DNA of 28,083 nt from Thermoplasmatales archaeon. GTDB lineage: Archaea > Thermoplasmatota > E2 > DHVEG-1. The notes under the pieces were generated by a model that worked only from the letters and a program-made list of their open reading frames with translations, had not been told where the DNA came from and did not search any database. A program made the position numbers and the translations under genes. Location: positions 1 to 28,083 of the forward strand of contig JBFYMH010000011.1 of NCBI GenBank assembly GCA_041305005.1. The letters are read 5' to 3'. Positions 9,737-18,488 of this stretch are shown here, in pieces. The stretch's first letter is position 1, and each line of letters starts with the position of its first letter.

Positions 9737-11533
9737 TCAATCCATCGTATCTTTTATAGAAATAATTGATGCATGTGCTCGCGATTCTTCTGCGGTACAC
9801 AAATACAGATAATCTGAAATATTGTATTTTTCAATTATGACTGTTTGGTTAAAGTTCCCATATGGAAATAGATCTCCAGAAACATAAACATCTTCACGAA
9901 TCGGCATATTATGACTTGAAACTGCAGGATATTTAGAAAACAGTATATTTTCACCAAACAGCTCAATATGAATTGTATCGTTTAATTGTTCTAGAGTATA
10001 ATTAACCGAATAGGGTTGATTAGCGTTTTGAACAACAAACTGGCTTATCTGAATGATTCTCCAGTTTTTCTCGCCATATTTAATATGAAGTAAGCCTTTT
10101 AGAGAATAAGGTGGAATGCCAGTTGAGTAACCTTCCCCTAGCACTCCGCCAAAACCGCAGACTGCATAGATTGTGGCATTCTCAGGTATTTCGGCAGCAG
10201 AATCGATTATCTCGGATACCAAAATTTCTTTTGCATTTCCGCTTACAGTATAATTTATGTAACTGGTGAAAATTGGAGAAGCAATGACGCAGTATATTAT
10301 GAATATAATCACAATAATTTTTTTCAAATTAACCTTAAAAAGTTTTTCTTGTTTAAAATACCATGTCGAGATGAGAACGGCAGCGGGTGGCATAACTAAA
10401 AAAGCATAATACGAATTGAATTTTCCGTAAAAAACAAAAAAAGAAAAATAAGCTATGATCCAAAATAAAAGAAAACTAAATTTTGTAAAATATTTTTCAA
10501 GATAATGAAAATTAAACAATTGCCTGATTTTGATTCTTAACCTGAGTATATGCATGACAAAAAATAAGATAAAAATTAAAGTTATCACTGTTATAAAGAT
10601 CCAACTTAAGCCAATACTTTCACCCCCATTTAGTGTTAACTCAAAGTTATCTAGACCTAAAACATCAACCGGATAAATTAACGACTTAAAAAAAACAGTA
10701 GCTGCCGTTATTCTATCAAATATCATAGCAGAAATACTCTTCCCGGCGAGGCTCATTCCCCTGGCACCATAACTTCCAAGAAAGATAAATACTAAACTAA
10801 AATAAAAAACAACACTGGCAAAATATGGTGAAATAGTATAAATCAATTTTTTCAAATTTAGCTGTTTGTTTTTTTCCTTCAGAATAATATAAAATAAAAC
10901 TAACAAAGGCATCATAACAAATCCAATTTCTTTAGAGCCTACTACTAAAAAAGCTGAAATAACGCCAAAAATCTGCCATTTTTTATCTTTTGTATCCAAA
11001 TATCGGTCAAGAAATAATATCGTTAAAATAATGAAAACTGCCACCAACATTTCTGCCCTAAATTCTGCTACTGGCACGATGTACATATTTAATGGATAAA
11101 GACCAAAAATAAAACTACTAAGAAAAGCAAGTTTTTTATCTTTGAATATTTCTCTAACAAAGATGTAAACCAAAAAAATTGCAAATATGAAAATAAAATA
11201 ATTTGTGAATTGATACATAAAGGGATTTAATCCGCTTATTGTATAGTCTAAATAAATGGTGAAAGCATCAACCGGTCTGTACCAGTTGTCACCAAGGAAA
11301 TTTTGTGATAAAGGTGCGGCTAAAGCATCCTTTAAATTTGTGTTTCCAGCTACTTGTGCAAAAAAATCTTCACCAGTATATTTGTAACTAAGTATATTCG
11401 AGTAAACCAATGAAACAACAAATAATAAAGATAAAACTAATAATATTTCACCTTTTTTAGTCTCAAATAAAAAGGATAACATGTTTTTGATTTTTCTCGT
11501 AATCATTTGTGTCCTTGCTCTAATAAATATCAA
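9737..11533 (-). CDS. GT-C fold multi-pass membrane glycosyltransferase (ArnT/PMT/TMTC-like) with extracellular C-terminal domain
   Basis: First TM followed by the acidic GEDF loop, WYRP...GLNPFMYQFTN, FGLYP and SKE, with many hydrophobic segments. The C-terminal soluble domain has 6 N-x-S/T sequons (NYT, NAT, NYT, NDT, NQT, NIS). Confidence 0.72.
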   Translation of the reverse strand: MIFIRARTQMITRKIKNMLSFLFETKKGEILLVLSLLFVVSLVYSNILSYKYTGEDFFAQVAGNTNLKDALAAPLSQNFLGDNWYRPVDAFTIYLDYTISGLNPFMYQFTNYFIFIFAIFLVYIFVREIFKDKKLAFLSSFIFGLYPLNMYIVPVAEFRAEMLVAVFIILTILFLDRYLDTKDKKWQIFGVISAFLVVGSKEIGFVMMPLLVLFYIILKEKNKQLNLKKLIYTISPYFASVVFYFSLVFIFLGSYGARGMSLAGKSISAMIFDRITAATVFFKSLIYPVDVLGLDNFELTLNGGESIGLSWIFITVITLIFILFFVMHILRLRIKIRQLFNFHYLEKYFTKFSFLLFWIIAYFSFFVFYGKFNSYYAFLVMPPAAVLISTWYFKQEKLFKVNLKKIIVIIFIIYCVIASPIFTSYINYTVSGNAKEILVSEIIDSAAEIPENATIYAVCGFGGVLGEGYSTGIPPYSLKGLLHIKYGEKNWRIIQISQFVVQNANQPYSVNYTLEQLNDTIHIELFGENILFSKYPAVSSHNMPIREDVYVSGDLFPYGNFNQTVIIEKYNISDYLYLCTAEESRAHASIISIKDTMD

Positions 11534-11639
11534 TATTAATCTAGTTTTTGGAGAGTATATTGTAAAATAAATTTATGATTTATTCTTATTAATCGGTTTA
11601 CTAATTAATAAAATCCCCTGATTTTAATGTAATTTTAAC

Positions 11640-11653
11640 GCAAAGTTTATATA
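11640..11653 (+). promoter_or_regulatory. Archaeal BRE+TATA promoter for the EamA-EamA-GT2-wecB operon
   Basis: GCAAAG-TTTATATA, with TATA at 11646-11653 about 50 nt upstream of ATG 11704. Confidence 0.6.
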
Positions 11654-11703
11654 TGGATATAAAAAACTAGGGTGGCATCCTAAAATCTTAAAAAGTGATT
11701 TTA

Positions 11704-12063
11704 ATGAAAACGAAATGGTGGGCAATAGCTTTGATGATTCCTTGTACAATTTTTACTTCTTCAGGGCAGATATTTTATAAAATGGCTACAAATACTATTA
11801 GTCTGGAGATATCTTCTATTATATTCAATCTGCCTCTTATCGCTGGTTTAGTCAGTTATGGAATCGGATTAGTTTTACTTATTATTGCTTTCAGAGGAGG
11901 GGAATTGAGTGTTCTTTATCCAATAATTGCTACGGGTTATATTTGGGTGAGTTTGGCTTCGTCTTATATTTTTGAAACAGATTTCATGACTTTTGAGAAA
12001 TGGATTGGAGTGGTGGTCATTATAATTGGTGTATCCTTAATTGGGTTGGGGGCAAAAAAATGA
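11704..12063 (+). CDS. 4-TM EamA/SMR (ArnE/ArnF-like) half transporter A
   Basis: Four hydrophobic helices with GQIFYK, GGELSVLYP and KWIGV motifs. ATG 11704 is preferred over GTG 11695. Confidence 0.8.
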   Translation: MKTKWWAIALMIPCTIFTSSGQIFYKMATNTISLEISSIIFNLPLIAGLVSYGIGLVLLIIAFRGGELSVLYPIIATGYIWVSLASSYIFETDFMTFEKWIGVVVIIIGVSLIGLGAKK

Positions 12064-12398
12064 CTCAACTTTGGTCGATAGTTTTAGTGTTATCTGCTGC
12101 TGTACTTGGAGCACTAGGTCAATTAAACTTCAAGCTTGGCTCAGATAAATTATCACTGAAAATAAAAGATTTAATCAGAAATAAGTATCTTTTGATTGGC
12201 GTGGTTTTATATGGAATTAGTGCAGTGATGTTTATTTTAGCTTTAAAAGGTGGGGAGTTAAGTGTTCTTTATCCTTTGGTTGCTACCAGTTATATTTGGA
12301 CTACGTTGCTCGCTAAAAAAGTTTTAAAAGAGAATATTAACGTATACAAATGGTCTGGTGTAGCCCTTATACTCATAGGTGCAATCTTTATAATATAA
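12060..12398 (+). CDS. 4-TM EamA/SMR (ArnE/ArnF-like) half transporter B
   Basis: Start ATG 12060 overlaps the upstream stop (ATGA). Paralog of half A (GQLNFK, GGELSVLYP, KWSGV). The ORF-track start at 12000 adds an implausible extension. Confidence 0.8.
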   Translation: MTQLWSIVLVLSAAVLGALGQLNFKLGSDKLSLKIKDLIRNKYLLIGVVLYGISAVMFILALKGGELSVLYPLVATSYIWTTLLAKKVLKENINVYKWSGVALILIGAIFII

Positions 12399-12419
12399 AA
12401 AAGACTTGAGAGGCATTAA

Positions 12420-13151
12420 ATGAAAGATATAAGCATTATAATACCCTGTTTTAATGAAGAAGAAAACGTTAAAAGAATACCGGTTGAGTTAATCCAGGAA
12501 GTAAATAAATTAAAACTTGATTACGAGATCGTTACAGTAAATGATGGTAGTACCGACAATACTTTTGAGGAACTAGAAAAAATACAAAAAATCCATCCGA
12601 TGTTAAAAATAGTGAATCATCAAAAAAATAAAGGCCTTGCAGCAGCTATTAAAACTGGTATAGATAATGCAACAGGTGAACTAACAGTCACACTTGATGC
12701 CGATTTTACTTTTCATCCGAAGCAGATAAAAAATTTATTGGATAGATTCAAACAAGGTGATGTTGATCTAGTGATTGGCAGCCCTACTCTTGGCAAGGGC
12801 TACTCGAAAGACATTCCAAGATATAGGATTTGGTTAAGCCGAATGGGAGGATTACTTTATCGGATAGCACTTGGTGAAAAAATTACAGCAGTGACACCTA
12901 TTTTTAGACTGTATAAAACAAAAAAACTTAAAGAAATTGAATTAAACCCAAACTCATCGCCAAGAGGTGGATTTAGTATAAATGCTGAGATACTGGCAAA
13001 ATTATTAATTAAAAAAATACGTGTAGCTGAAATACCTGCAGAATTAACAACCAGACAATATGGGGAATCCAAACTTAATAATTCAAAAGAGATAGTAACA
13101 CAATTGATACTTGTTATGCGCATAGTCTGGTGGAGGATTACGAATAAATGA
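12420..13151 (+). CDS. Polyprenol/dolichol-phosphate glycosyltransferase (GT2, DPM1/ArnC-like)
   Basis: IPCFNEEEN, VNDGSTDNT, HQKNKGLAAAIKTG, TLDADFTFHP, FRLY, FSINAEIL and R-x-x-GESKL motifs. Confidence 0.85.
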   Translation: MKDISIIIPCFNEEENVKRIPVELIQEVNKLKLDYEIVTVNDGSTDNTFEELEKIQKIHPMLKIVNHQKNKGLAAAIKTGIDNATGELTVTLDADFTFHPKQIKNLLDRFKQGDVDLVIGSPTLGKGYSKDIPRYRIWLSRMGGLLYRIALGEKITAVTPIFRLYKTKKLKEIELNPNSSPRGGFSINAEILAKLLIKKIRVAEIPAELTTRQYGESKLNNSKEIVTQLILVMRIVWWRITNK

Positions 13152-14224
13152 AAATCGCGATAATCCTTGGTACAAGACCAGAAATAATAAAATTATCTGG
13201 TATAATTAGAATATGCGAAGAAAGAAAATATGACTATCTTACTGTTCATACTGGCCAACATTACTCTTATAAAATGGATGAAGCATTTTTCAAAGATTTG
13301 GAATTGCCAGATGCAAAATACAACCTTGAAGTTGGTTCTGGAACACACGGAGCGCAAACAGCGAAAATATTGGAACGAATCGAAAAAGTTTTGTTAAAAG
13401 AAAAACCAGATGTTGTATTAGTACAAGGTGACACAAATACAGTGCTCGCAGGAGCAATAGCTGCATCAAAACTTGGAATAAAAGTTGGTCATGTTGAAGC
13501 GGGTTTGAGAAGTTATGATAGACGTATGCCTGAGGAAACAAACAGAATACTAACAGATCATATATCAGATTTTTTATTTTGTCCGACAGAAATTTCAAAA
13601 AAAACAGCTTTAAAAGAAAACATTGATAAAAATAAAATCTTCGTAACGGGTAACACAATAGTAGATGCAGTATTGCAGAACCAAAAAATCGCATCTAAAA
13701 AAAGTAAAATATTAGAGAAAATGAAATTAAAGAAAAACGAATATTTCCTTGTAACTGCCCATAGGCAAGAAAATGTGGATTTTAAAGAAAACTTAAAAAA
13801 TCTTTTAGTTGCTTTTGATAGAATCTATAAAAAATACAAGATGCCAATAGTTTATCCAATGCATCCAAGAACAAAAAAAATGATTGAAAGCTTCAAACTT
13901 AAAATACCGAAAACAATCAATGTTGTCGAACCAGTTGGATTCCTTGATTTTCTGCAATTGGAAGCAAATGCTAGACTAATATTAACCGATTCCGGGGGCG
14001 TTCAGGAAGAAAGTTGTATATTAAAAATACCATGTGTTACTTTAAGGGAAAATACAGAGCGCCCAGAAACATTGGAGGTCGGTTCCAATATTCTTTCAGG
14101 CACAAGCCCTAATGGAATATTAAACTCTGTAGATATAATGATGAAGAAAAAAAGAGAATGGATGAACCCATTCGGTGATGGTAAAACAAGTAAACTCATA
14201 CTTAAAATAATTAAAAGTACATAG
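13148..14224 (+). CDS. wecB: UDP-N-acetylglucosamine 2-epimerase (non-hydrolysing)
   Basis: GTRPE, TGQHY, VQGDT, GHVEAGLRS, PEE-x-NR, TAHRQEN, TDSGGVQEE, RENTERPE and NPFGDG. ATGA overlap with the upstream GT2. Confidence 0.96.
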   Translation: MKIAIILGTRPEIIKLSGIIRICEERKYDYLTVHTGQHYSYKMDEAFFKDLELPDAKYNLEVGSGTHGAQTAKILERIEKVLLKEKPDVVLVQGDTNTVLAGAIAASKLGIKVGHVEAGLRSYDRRMPEETNRILTDHISDFLFCPTEISKKTALKENIDKNKIFVTGNTIVDAVLQNQKIASKKSKILEKMKLKKNEYFLVTAHRQENVDFKENLKNLLVAFDRIYKKYKMPIVYPMHPRTKKMIESFKLKIPKTINVVEPVGFLDFLQLEANARLILTDSGGVQEESCILKIPCVTLRENTERPETLEVGSNILSGTSPNGILNSVDIMMKKKREWMNPFGDGKTSKLILKIIKST

Positions 14225-14243
14225 TTTTAAACCCCAAATCTTA

Positions 14244-14251
14244 TTTTTTTT
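14244..14251 (+). terminator. Possible oligo-T terminator after wecB
   Basis: T8 run about 20 nt after the wecB stop, at a convergent junction. Confidence 0.35.
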
Positions 14252-15350
14252 AAATAGTTATGTTCTGTTTTTTGTTTCTTGTTTCAAATAAGGATATAAT
14301 TAATCCGTAGAAACCGGTAAGAACATCTGAAACAAGATGACCTGCTAAGGAGATAACTATAGCTTTTTCTGGAGCGACATTATAAATCCCAAATAGTACG
14401 ACTAACGCTCCTTCTCTAAACCCAAGACCTGCTGAAGTTATAGGTATAAAAGAGATGATATTTGCTATAGCGTACAACATAAGGAAATCAAAATAAGGGA
14501 CTTCAATGCCTAAAGGCACTCCAAGTAAATATATTTGTGAATATATCATTATCCATTCTGGTATGGCTATAAGAAAGGGAATAATCAGATATTTTAAATT
14601 TGGAAAATCGTGATAAAACGTATCTACGAAGCTAGTGAAATAGGATTTGAATTTTTTAGGAATTAAAATTTTGATTAAAAAATTCAGTGTTTTTTCCCCT
14701 CGTTCTTTCTTTAAAAAGTAAATATAAATAAGGATATCCGCAAGAAGTATTATGCATGCAATTGGTAAAGCCGCAGGTATCCTCTCTGCAATAAGAAAAG
14801 CACCTACGATCATGAAGATGTAAATAGGGAAAGTATGAACTGCTTCTTCGATAATTGTGTTAATAAAAAGTTTACCTACTGGTTGATTTGTTTTTTCTTT
14901 TAAATAAGGTATTCTCATTAATTGACCTATATAACCAGGTGTTACCGTGCCATAGAAATATCCAATTAGGAAGGCCTTCAATGAGGTTAAATAACTAACA
15001 TTAATATTCTGTTTTTTAAGAATAATTTGCCAGGCCGTATTTCTAATTAATAATCTTGGTACAACGAGAATAGCAGATAAAAGAATATAAATTGGTGATA
15101 TTTTCAAAAAGGTAGAGGCGATTTTAGCAGCACCAATATCAATAATTAGATAAACAAGTAAAACAACACCAATTAATGGCATTAACTTTTTAATAATTTT
15201 TATTGTGTTTTTTTTATCAAATTTTTTTCTTATGATTTTTGGTTTTTCTTTGACGGATTTTTTAATTTCAAAAATTGGATTACATTTAGCTGAAGTGCTA
15301 GTCAGAATGTTTTTATCCAGTGGTTGTTGCGTCAAGCATTTCATCTCCAA
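14250..15350 (-). CDS. UPF0104 / lysylphosphatidylglycerol-synthase TM-domain (flippase-like) membrane protein
   Basis: RNTAWQIIL, FLIGYFYGTVTPGYIG, SFIPITSAGLGFREGAL and multiple TM segments. The start is uncertain (TTG 15350, ATG 15344 or later). Confidence 0.82.
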   Translation of the reverse strand: MEMKCLTQQPLDKNILTSTSAKCNPIFEIKKSVKEKPKIIRKKFDKKNTIKIIKKLMPLIGVVLLVYLIIDIGAAKIASTFLKISPIYILLSAILVVPRLLIRNTAWQIILKKQNINVSYLTSLKAFLIGYFYGTVTPGYIGQLMRIPYLKEKTNQPVGKLFINTIIEEAVHTFPIYIFMIVGAFLIAERIPAALPIACIILLADILIYIYFLKKERGEKTLNFLIKILIPKKFKSYFTSFVDTFYHDFPNLKYLIIPFLIAIPEWIMIYSQIYLLGVPLGIEVPYFDFLMLYAIANIISFIPITSAGLGFREGALVVLFGIYNVAPEKAIVISLAGHLVSDVLTGFYGLIISLFETRNKKQNITI

Positions 15351-15432
15351 GAAAACTACGGATGCCTACTTTTACCATTATGTACATTGCAAAGCAAATA
15401 AACATATAAAATATTGTATATATTTGACATCA

Positions 15433-15445
15433 GAAACTTTTTAAA
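15433..15445 (+). promoter_or_regulatory. Putative BRE+TATA upstream of fprA
   Basis: GAAAC-TTTTTAAA resembles the BRE/TATA at 11640. RBS GGAGG at 15504-15508. Confidence 0.4.
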
Positions 15446-15516
15446 ATAAACAATTATGAGGATGTTACTAAACATAGTTGTCACACCTATAATAAAATTG
15501 ATTGGAGGCGATACTT

Positions 15517-16707
15517 GTGGTTTTGAAAATAAAGAACAACATCTATTGGGTCGGAAAAATTGATTGGGTTCTTAGAAAATTTCATGGAAACGAGCTCTCA
15601 ACACATCGGGGATCAACATATAATTCATATCTTATAAAAGAAGAAAAAATTGCGCTTATAGATACAGTTTGGAATCCGTTTGCTAAAGAGTTTGTCCAAG
15701 AACTATCTAAAGAAATTGATTTGGGAAAGATTGATTATATAATAGCTAACCATGCAGAAAGTGATCACAGCGGTGCACTACCTGAAATCATGAATCTCAT
15801 ACCCGACACGCCTATTTATTGTACAGCAAATGGTGTTAAGTCTCTTAAAGGGCATTATCACCAAGATTGGGATTTCCATCCTGTAAAAACAGGTGATCGT
15901 ATCTCTCTTGGAAAAAAGGAGTTGATTTTTGTTGAGGCACCCATGCTTCATTGGCCTGATAGCATGTTTACCTATTTGACCGGCGATAACGTACTTTTTA
16001 GTAATGATGCCTTTGGACAGCATTACGCATCTGAATTTATGTTTAATGACCTTGTAAATCAATCTGAGTTATACGCAGAAGCTATGAAATATTATGCAAA
16101 TATTTTAACTCCATTTAGTCAATTAGTTAAAAAGAAAATTGAAGAAGTTCTCGCAATGAAATTAGCTGTTGATATTATTTGTCCTAGCCATGGTGTTATC
16201 TGGCGTGAAAACCCTAAACAGATTATTGAAAAATATTTGCAATGGGCGAATGATTACAAAGAAAACCAGATCACTATTTTATATGATACAATGTGGGATG
16301 GTACACGTGTTATGGCAGAAAATATTACCAAAGGAATAGTGGAAGCTGATAGTAAAGTAAATGTTAAACTTTTTAATACATCAAAAAGTGATAAGAACGA
16401 TGTTATATTGGAGATTTTCAAGTCTAAAGCCGCACTAGTTGGTTCATCAACTATTAATCGTGGTATTCTAACGTCAATTGCATCAGTGTTGGAAGAAATA
16501 AAAGGACTTAGCTTCAAGAATAAAAAAGCTGCTGCATTTGGTTGCTATGGTTGGAGCGGAGAATCGGTAAAGATAATAACTGAAGATTTGAAAAAAGCCG
16601 GCTTCACTGTTGTGAATGACGGGCTAAAAACTTTGTGGAATCCAGATGAAAAAAGCAAAACAGCATGTATCGAATATGGAAAAAAATTGGCGGCAGAATT
16701 TAAATAA
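15517..16707 (+). CDS. fprA: Flavodiiron protein (A-type flavoprotein; O2/NO reductase)
   Basis: Metallo-beta-lactamase diiron ligands NHAESDHSG, MLHWPD, SNDAFG and PSHG, plus a flavodoxin domain (YDTMWDGT, GSSTIN, FGCYGWSGES). GTG 15517 follows GGAGG with an 8-nt spacer. Confidence 0.93.
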   Translation: MVLKIKNNIYWVGKIDWVLRKFHGNELSTHRGSTYNSYLIKEEKIALIDTVWNPFAKEFVQELSKEIDLGKIDYIIANHAESDHSGALPEIMNLIPDTPIYCTANGVKSLKGHYHQDWDFHPVKTGDRISLGKKELIFVEAPMLHWPDSMFTYLTGDNVLFSNDAFGQHYASEFMFNDLVNQSELYAEAMKYYANILTPFSQLVKKKIEEVLAMKLAVDIICPSHGVIWRENPKQIIEKYLQWANDYKENQITILYDTMWDGTRVMAENITKGIVEADSKVNVKLFNTSKSDKNDVILEIFKSKAALVGSSTINRGILTSIASVLEEIKGLSFKNKKAAAFGCYGWSGESVKIITEDLKKAGFTVVNDGLKTLWNPDEKSKTACIEYGKKLAAEFK

Positions 16708-16807
16708 AAATTTCAGAAAAACCTATTGAAGAAAATTTCGTTTTATTTAATAAATTAAAAAATAGATTATATAAATATGAAGTTTGTTTACGGTTACAAG
16801 ATTAAAC

Positions 16808-17239
16808 ATGAATATTTTAATTGCTTACGAATCAAAATATGGTAATGGGAAAAAATGTGTTGATTACCTTAAAGATGTTATTGGTAAAAAAGGTCATGAT
16901 GCACGGTCTTTTTCTATACACGAAATACGACCAAAATCTCTTCCAAAAGCTGATTTATATATTTTTAGTTCACCAACTCATATGAGTGGCCCTACCTGGA
17001 AGATGAAGAGATTCCTGAAGAAGTTAGATATTGGTCGAACTGGTGCTAAATATTCTCTTATGATAACTCATATGGCTCCAGAGATTAATACACTTCAAGT
17101 CATGGAGGACATATTACAATCTAAAGGATTCAAAAAAAGTTCAGAGGATCTTAGAATCAAAGTAACTGGTATGAAGGGACCACTTGAGAGTGGTTATGAG
17201 AAAAAAATCGATGAATTTGTGAATACCCTCTTCAAATAA
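16808..17239 (+). CDS. Flavodoxin-like protein
   Basis: ILIAYESKYGNG phosphate-loop and IFSSPTH. ATG 16808 lies about 33 nt after TTATATAA (16767-16774) and is preferred over TTG 16784. Confidence 0.75.
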   Translation: MNILIAYESKYGNGKKCVDYLKDVIGKKGHDARSFSIHEIRPKSLPKADLYIFSSPTHMSGPTWKMKRFLKKLDIGRTGAKYSLMITHMAPEINTLQVMEDILQSKGFKKSSEDLRIKVTGMKGPLESGYEKKIDEFVNTLFK

Positions 17240-17247
17240 AAAATATT

Positions 17248-17715
17248 TTAGAAAATTTTTGGTATAATTCTCCACGGTACTTTTTGCATGTATTTTTTGT
17301 ATTCATCGCCGTACTGTTTGGTTAAAAGTTTCTCTTCGTCAATTATGCTCCAGATCATTATTGGTATTGCAATTATTGCGACGGACAATGCTAACATTGA
17401 ATGGAAGAATAAGGCTAGTCCAAAACCGATGATTAGTAGAGATGTGTAGTGTGGGTGTCGTATATAACGGAAGATTCCATCGGTGACTAATTGCCCATTG
17501 TATGTTTTATGCCAGAATATCTCCCATTTAAAATAAACGAATGTTCCCAGTAAAAAAATTATTATGCCTATGATGATGCTCGCATTTTTATCGATTGGTA
17601 TTTCCCAGAAACCATATATTGCTGTTAATGGTCCAGTTAATATTATTAGTAGTAGTGGGGCGTAATGAACAATAAAAAGTGCTCGCAGTTCCTTTGGTGG
17701 TTTGTAGTTTAACAT
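17248..17715 (-). CDS. Isoprenylcysteine carboxyl methyltransferase / PEMT-family membrane methyltransferase
   Basis: LVTDGIFRYIRHPHY, EEKLL...YGDEYKKY and RIIPKIF, with several TM helices. Confidence 0.85.
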   Translation of the reverse strand: MLNYKPPKELRALFIVHYAPLLLIILTGPLTAIYGFWEIPIDKNASIIIGIIIFLLGTFVYFKWEIFWHKTYNGQLVTDGIFRYIRHPHYTSLLIIGFGLALFFHSMLALSVAIIAIPIMIWSIIDEEKLLTKQYGDEYKKYMQKVPWRIIPKIF

Positions 17716-17729
17716 CTTCCTCGGTTTTT

Positions 17730-18488
17730 TTATAAGAGTTTTATGCCGCCGTAGTCTATTGCTATATCTTGTGGTTTTAGTGTGTGTCTCGTGTTTCTCA
17801 TTTTCATGATTGATAGTTTGCGTCTGTCCATAGTTGGGTCTAGGCTTAGAACTATGACACCATCTGCTAAAAACTCTGAGATGCCATCCCTGGAAAGAAG
17901 TTGTGAATTAGCTGGGAGCTCTGATGTTACCAATGAGGTTGAATCTATTGACTCTAATGCACCTATTATGTAGCGTAGGTGTAGTCGTCTGATCGGTAAA
18001 TTGGTTTCAGTTGGGAACTCATCAGGTGTTATTATGCTGATGTCGCCTTTTTGTTCTTCATTTTTTACATACATGGGCATCTCTGATAATGGTGTGATGG
18101 AATCCAAGACTATTCTTTTGTACCCGCCGGATAGGATTTCGTTTGTCATGGTTTCGTAAACAAGTTTTTTACTTATGTTCAAAAATATGAATTTTGCTAG
18201 TTTTTGTTCTATGGCTGGTTGGAAGTCGAAGCCTATTTGTCTTGCTTGTGTTAGTATTCCTTCTACCTTTTTGTCTAATGTTAGATATAGGCATTTTTCT
18301 TCGTTTTGTATTCCTTCGTTTATGAATTGGAAACAGAATATGCTTTTGCCGCTTCCAGGTGGACCAGACACTAAGGTTATGGAGCCTTTTGGTAAGCCTC
18401 CACCCAGCATGTTATCTAATCCTTGGATGCCTGTTTTAAGTCGTTCTAACCCTATCGCCCTCTCTTCTAGTTTTTGCATAACCACCAT
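17730..18488 (-). CDS. KaiC/RAD55-family single-domain RecA-fold ATPase (copy 1)
   Basis: KTGIQGLD, Walker A GPPGSGKS, Walker B IVLDS, EFLADG and KMR finger. The EE motif is replaced by DK. Confidence 0.9.
   Translation of the reverse strand: MVVMQKLEERAIGLERLKTGIQGLDNMLGGGLPKGSITLVSGPPGSGKSIFCFQFINEGIQNEEKCLYLTLDKKVEGILTQARQIGFDFQPAIEQKLAKFIFLNISKKLVYETMTNEILSGGYKRIVLDSITPLSEMPMYVKNEEQKGDISIITPDEFPTETNLPIRRLHLRYIIGALESIDSTSLVTSELPANSQLLSRDGISEFLADGVIVLSLDPTMDRRKLSIMKMRNTRHTLKPQDIAIDYGGIKLL

Noticed and set aside
15409-15425. AAATAT-N5-ATATTT dyad upstream of fprA as a redox-regulator site
   Set aside because: Low-complexity A/T sequence that is expected by chance.
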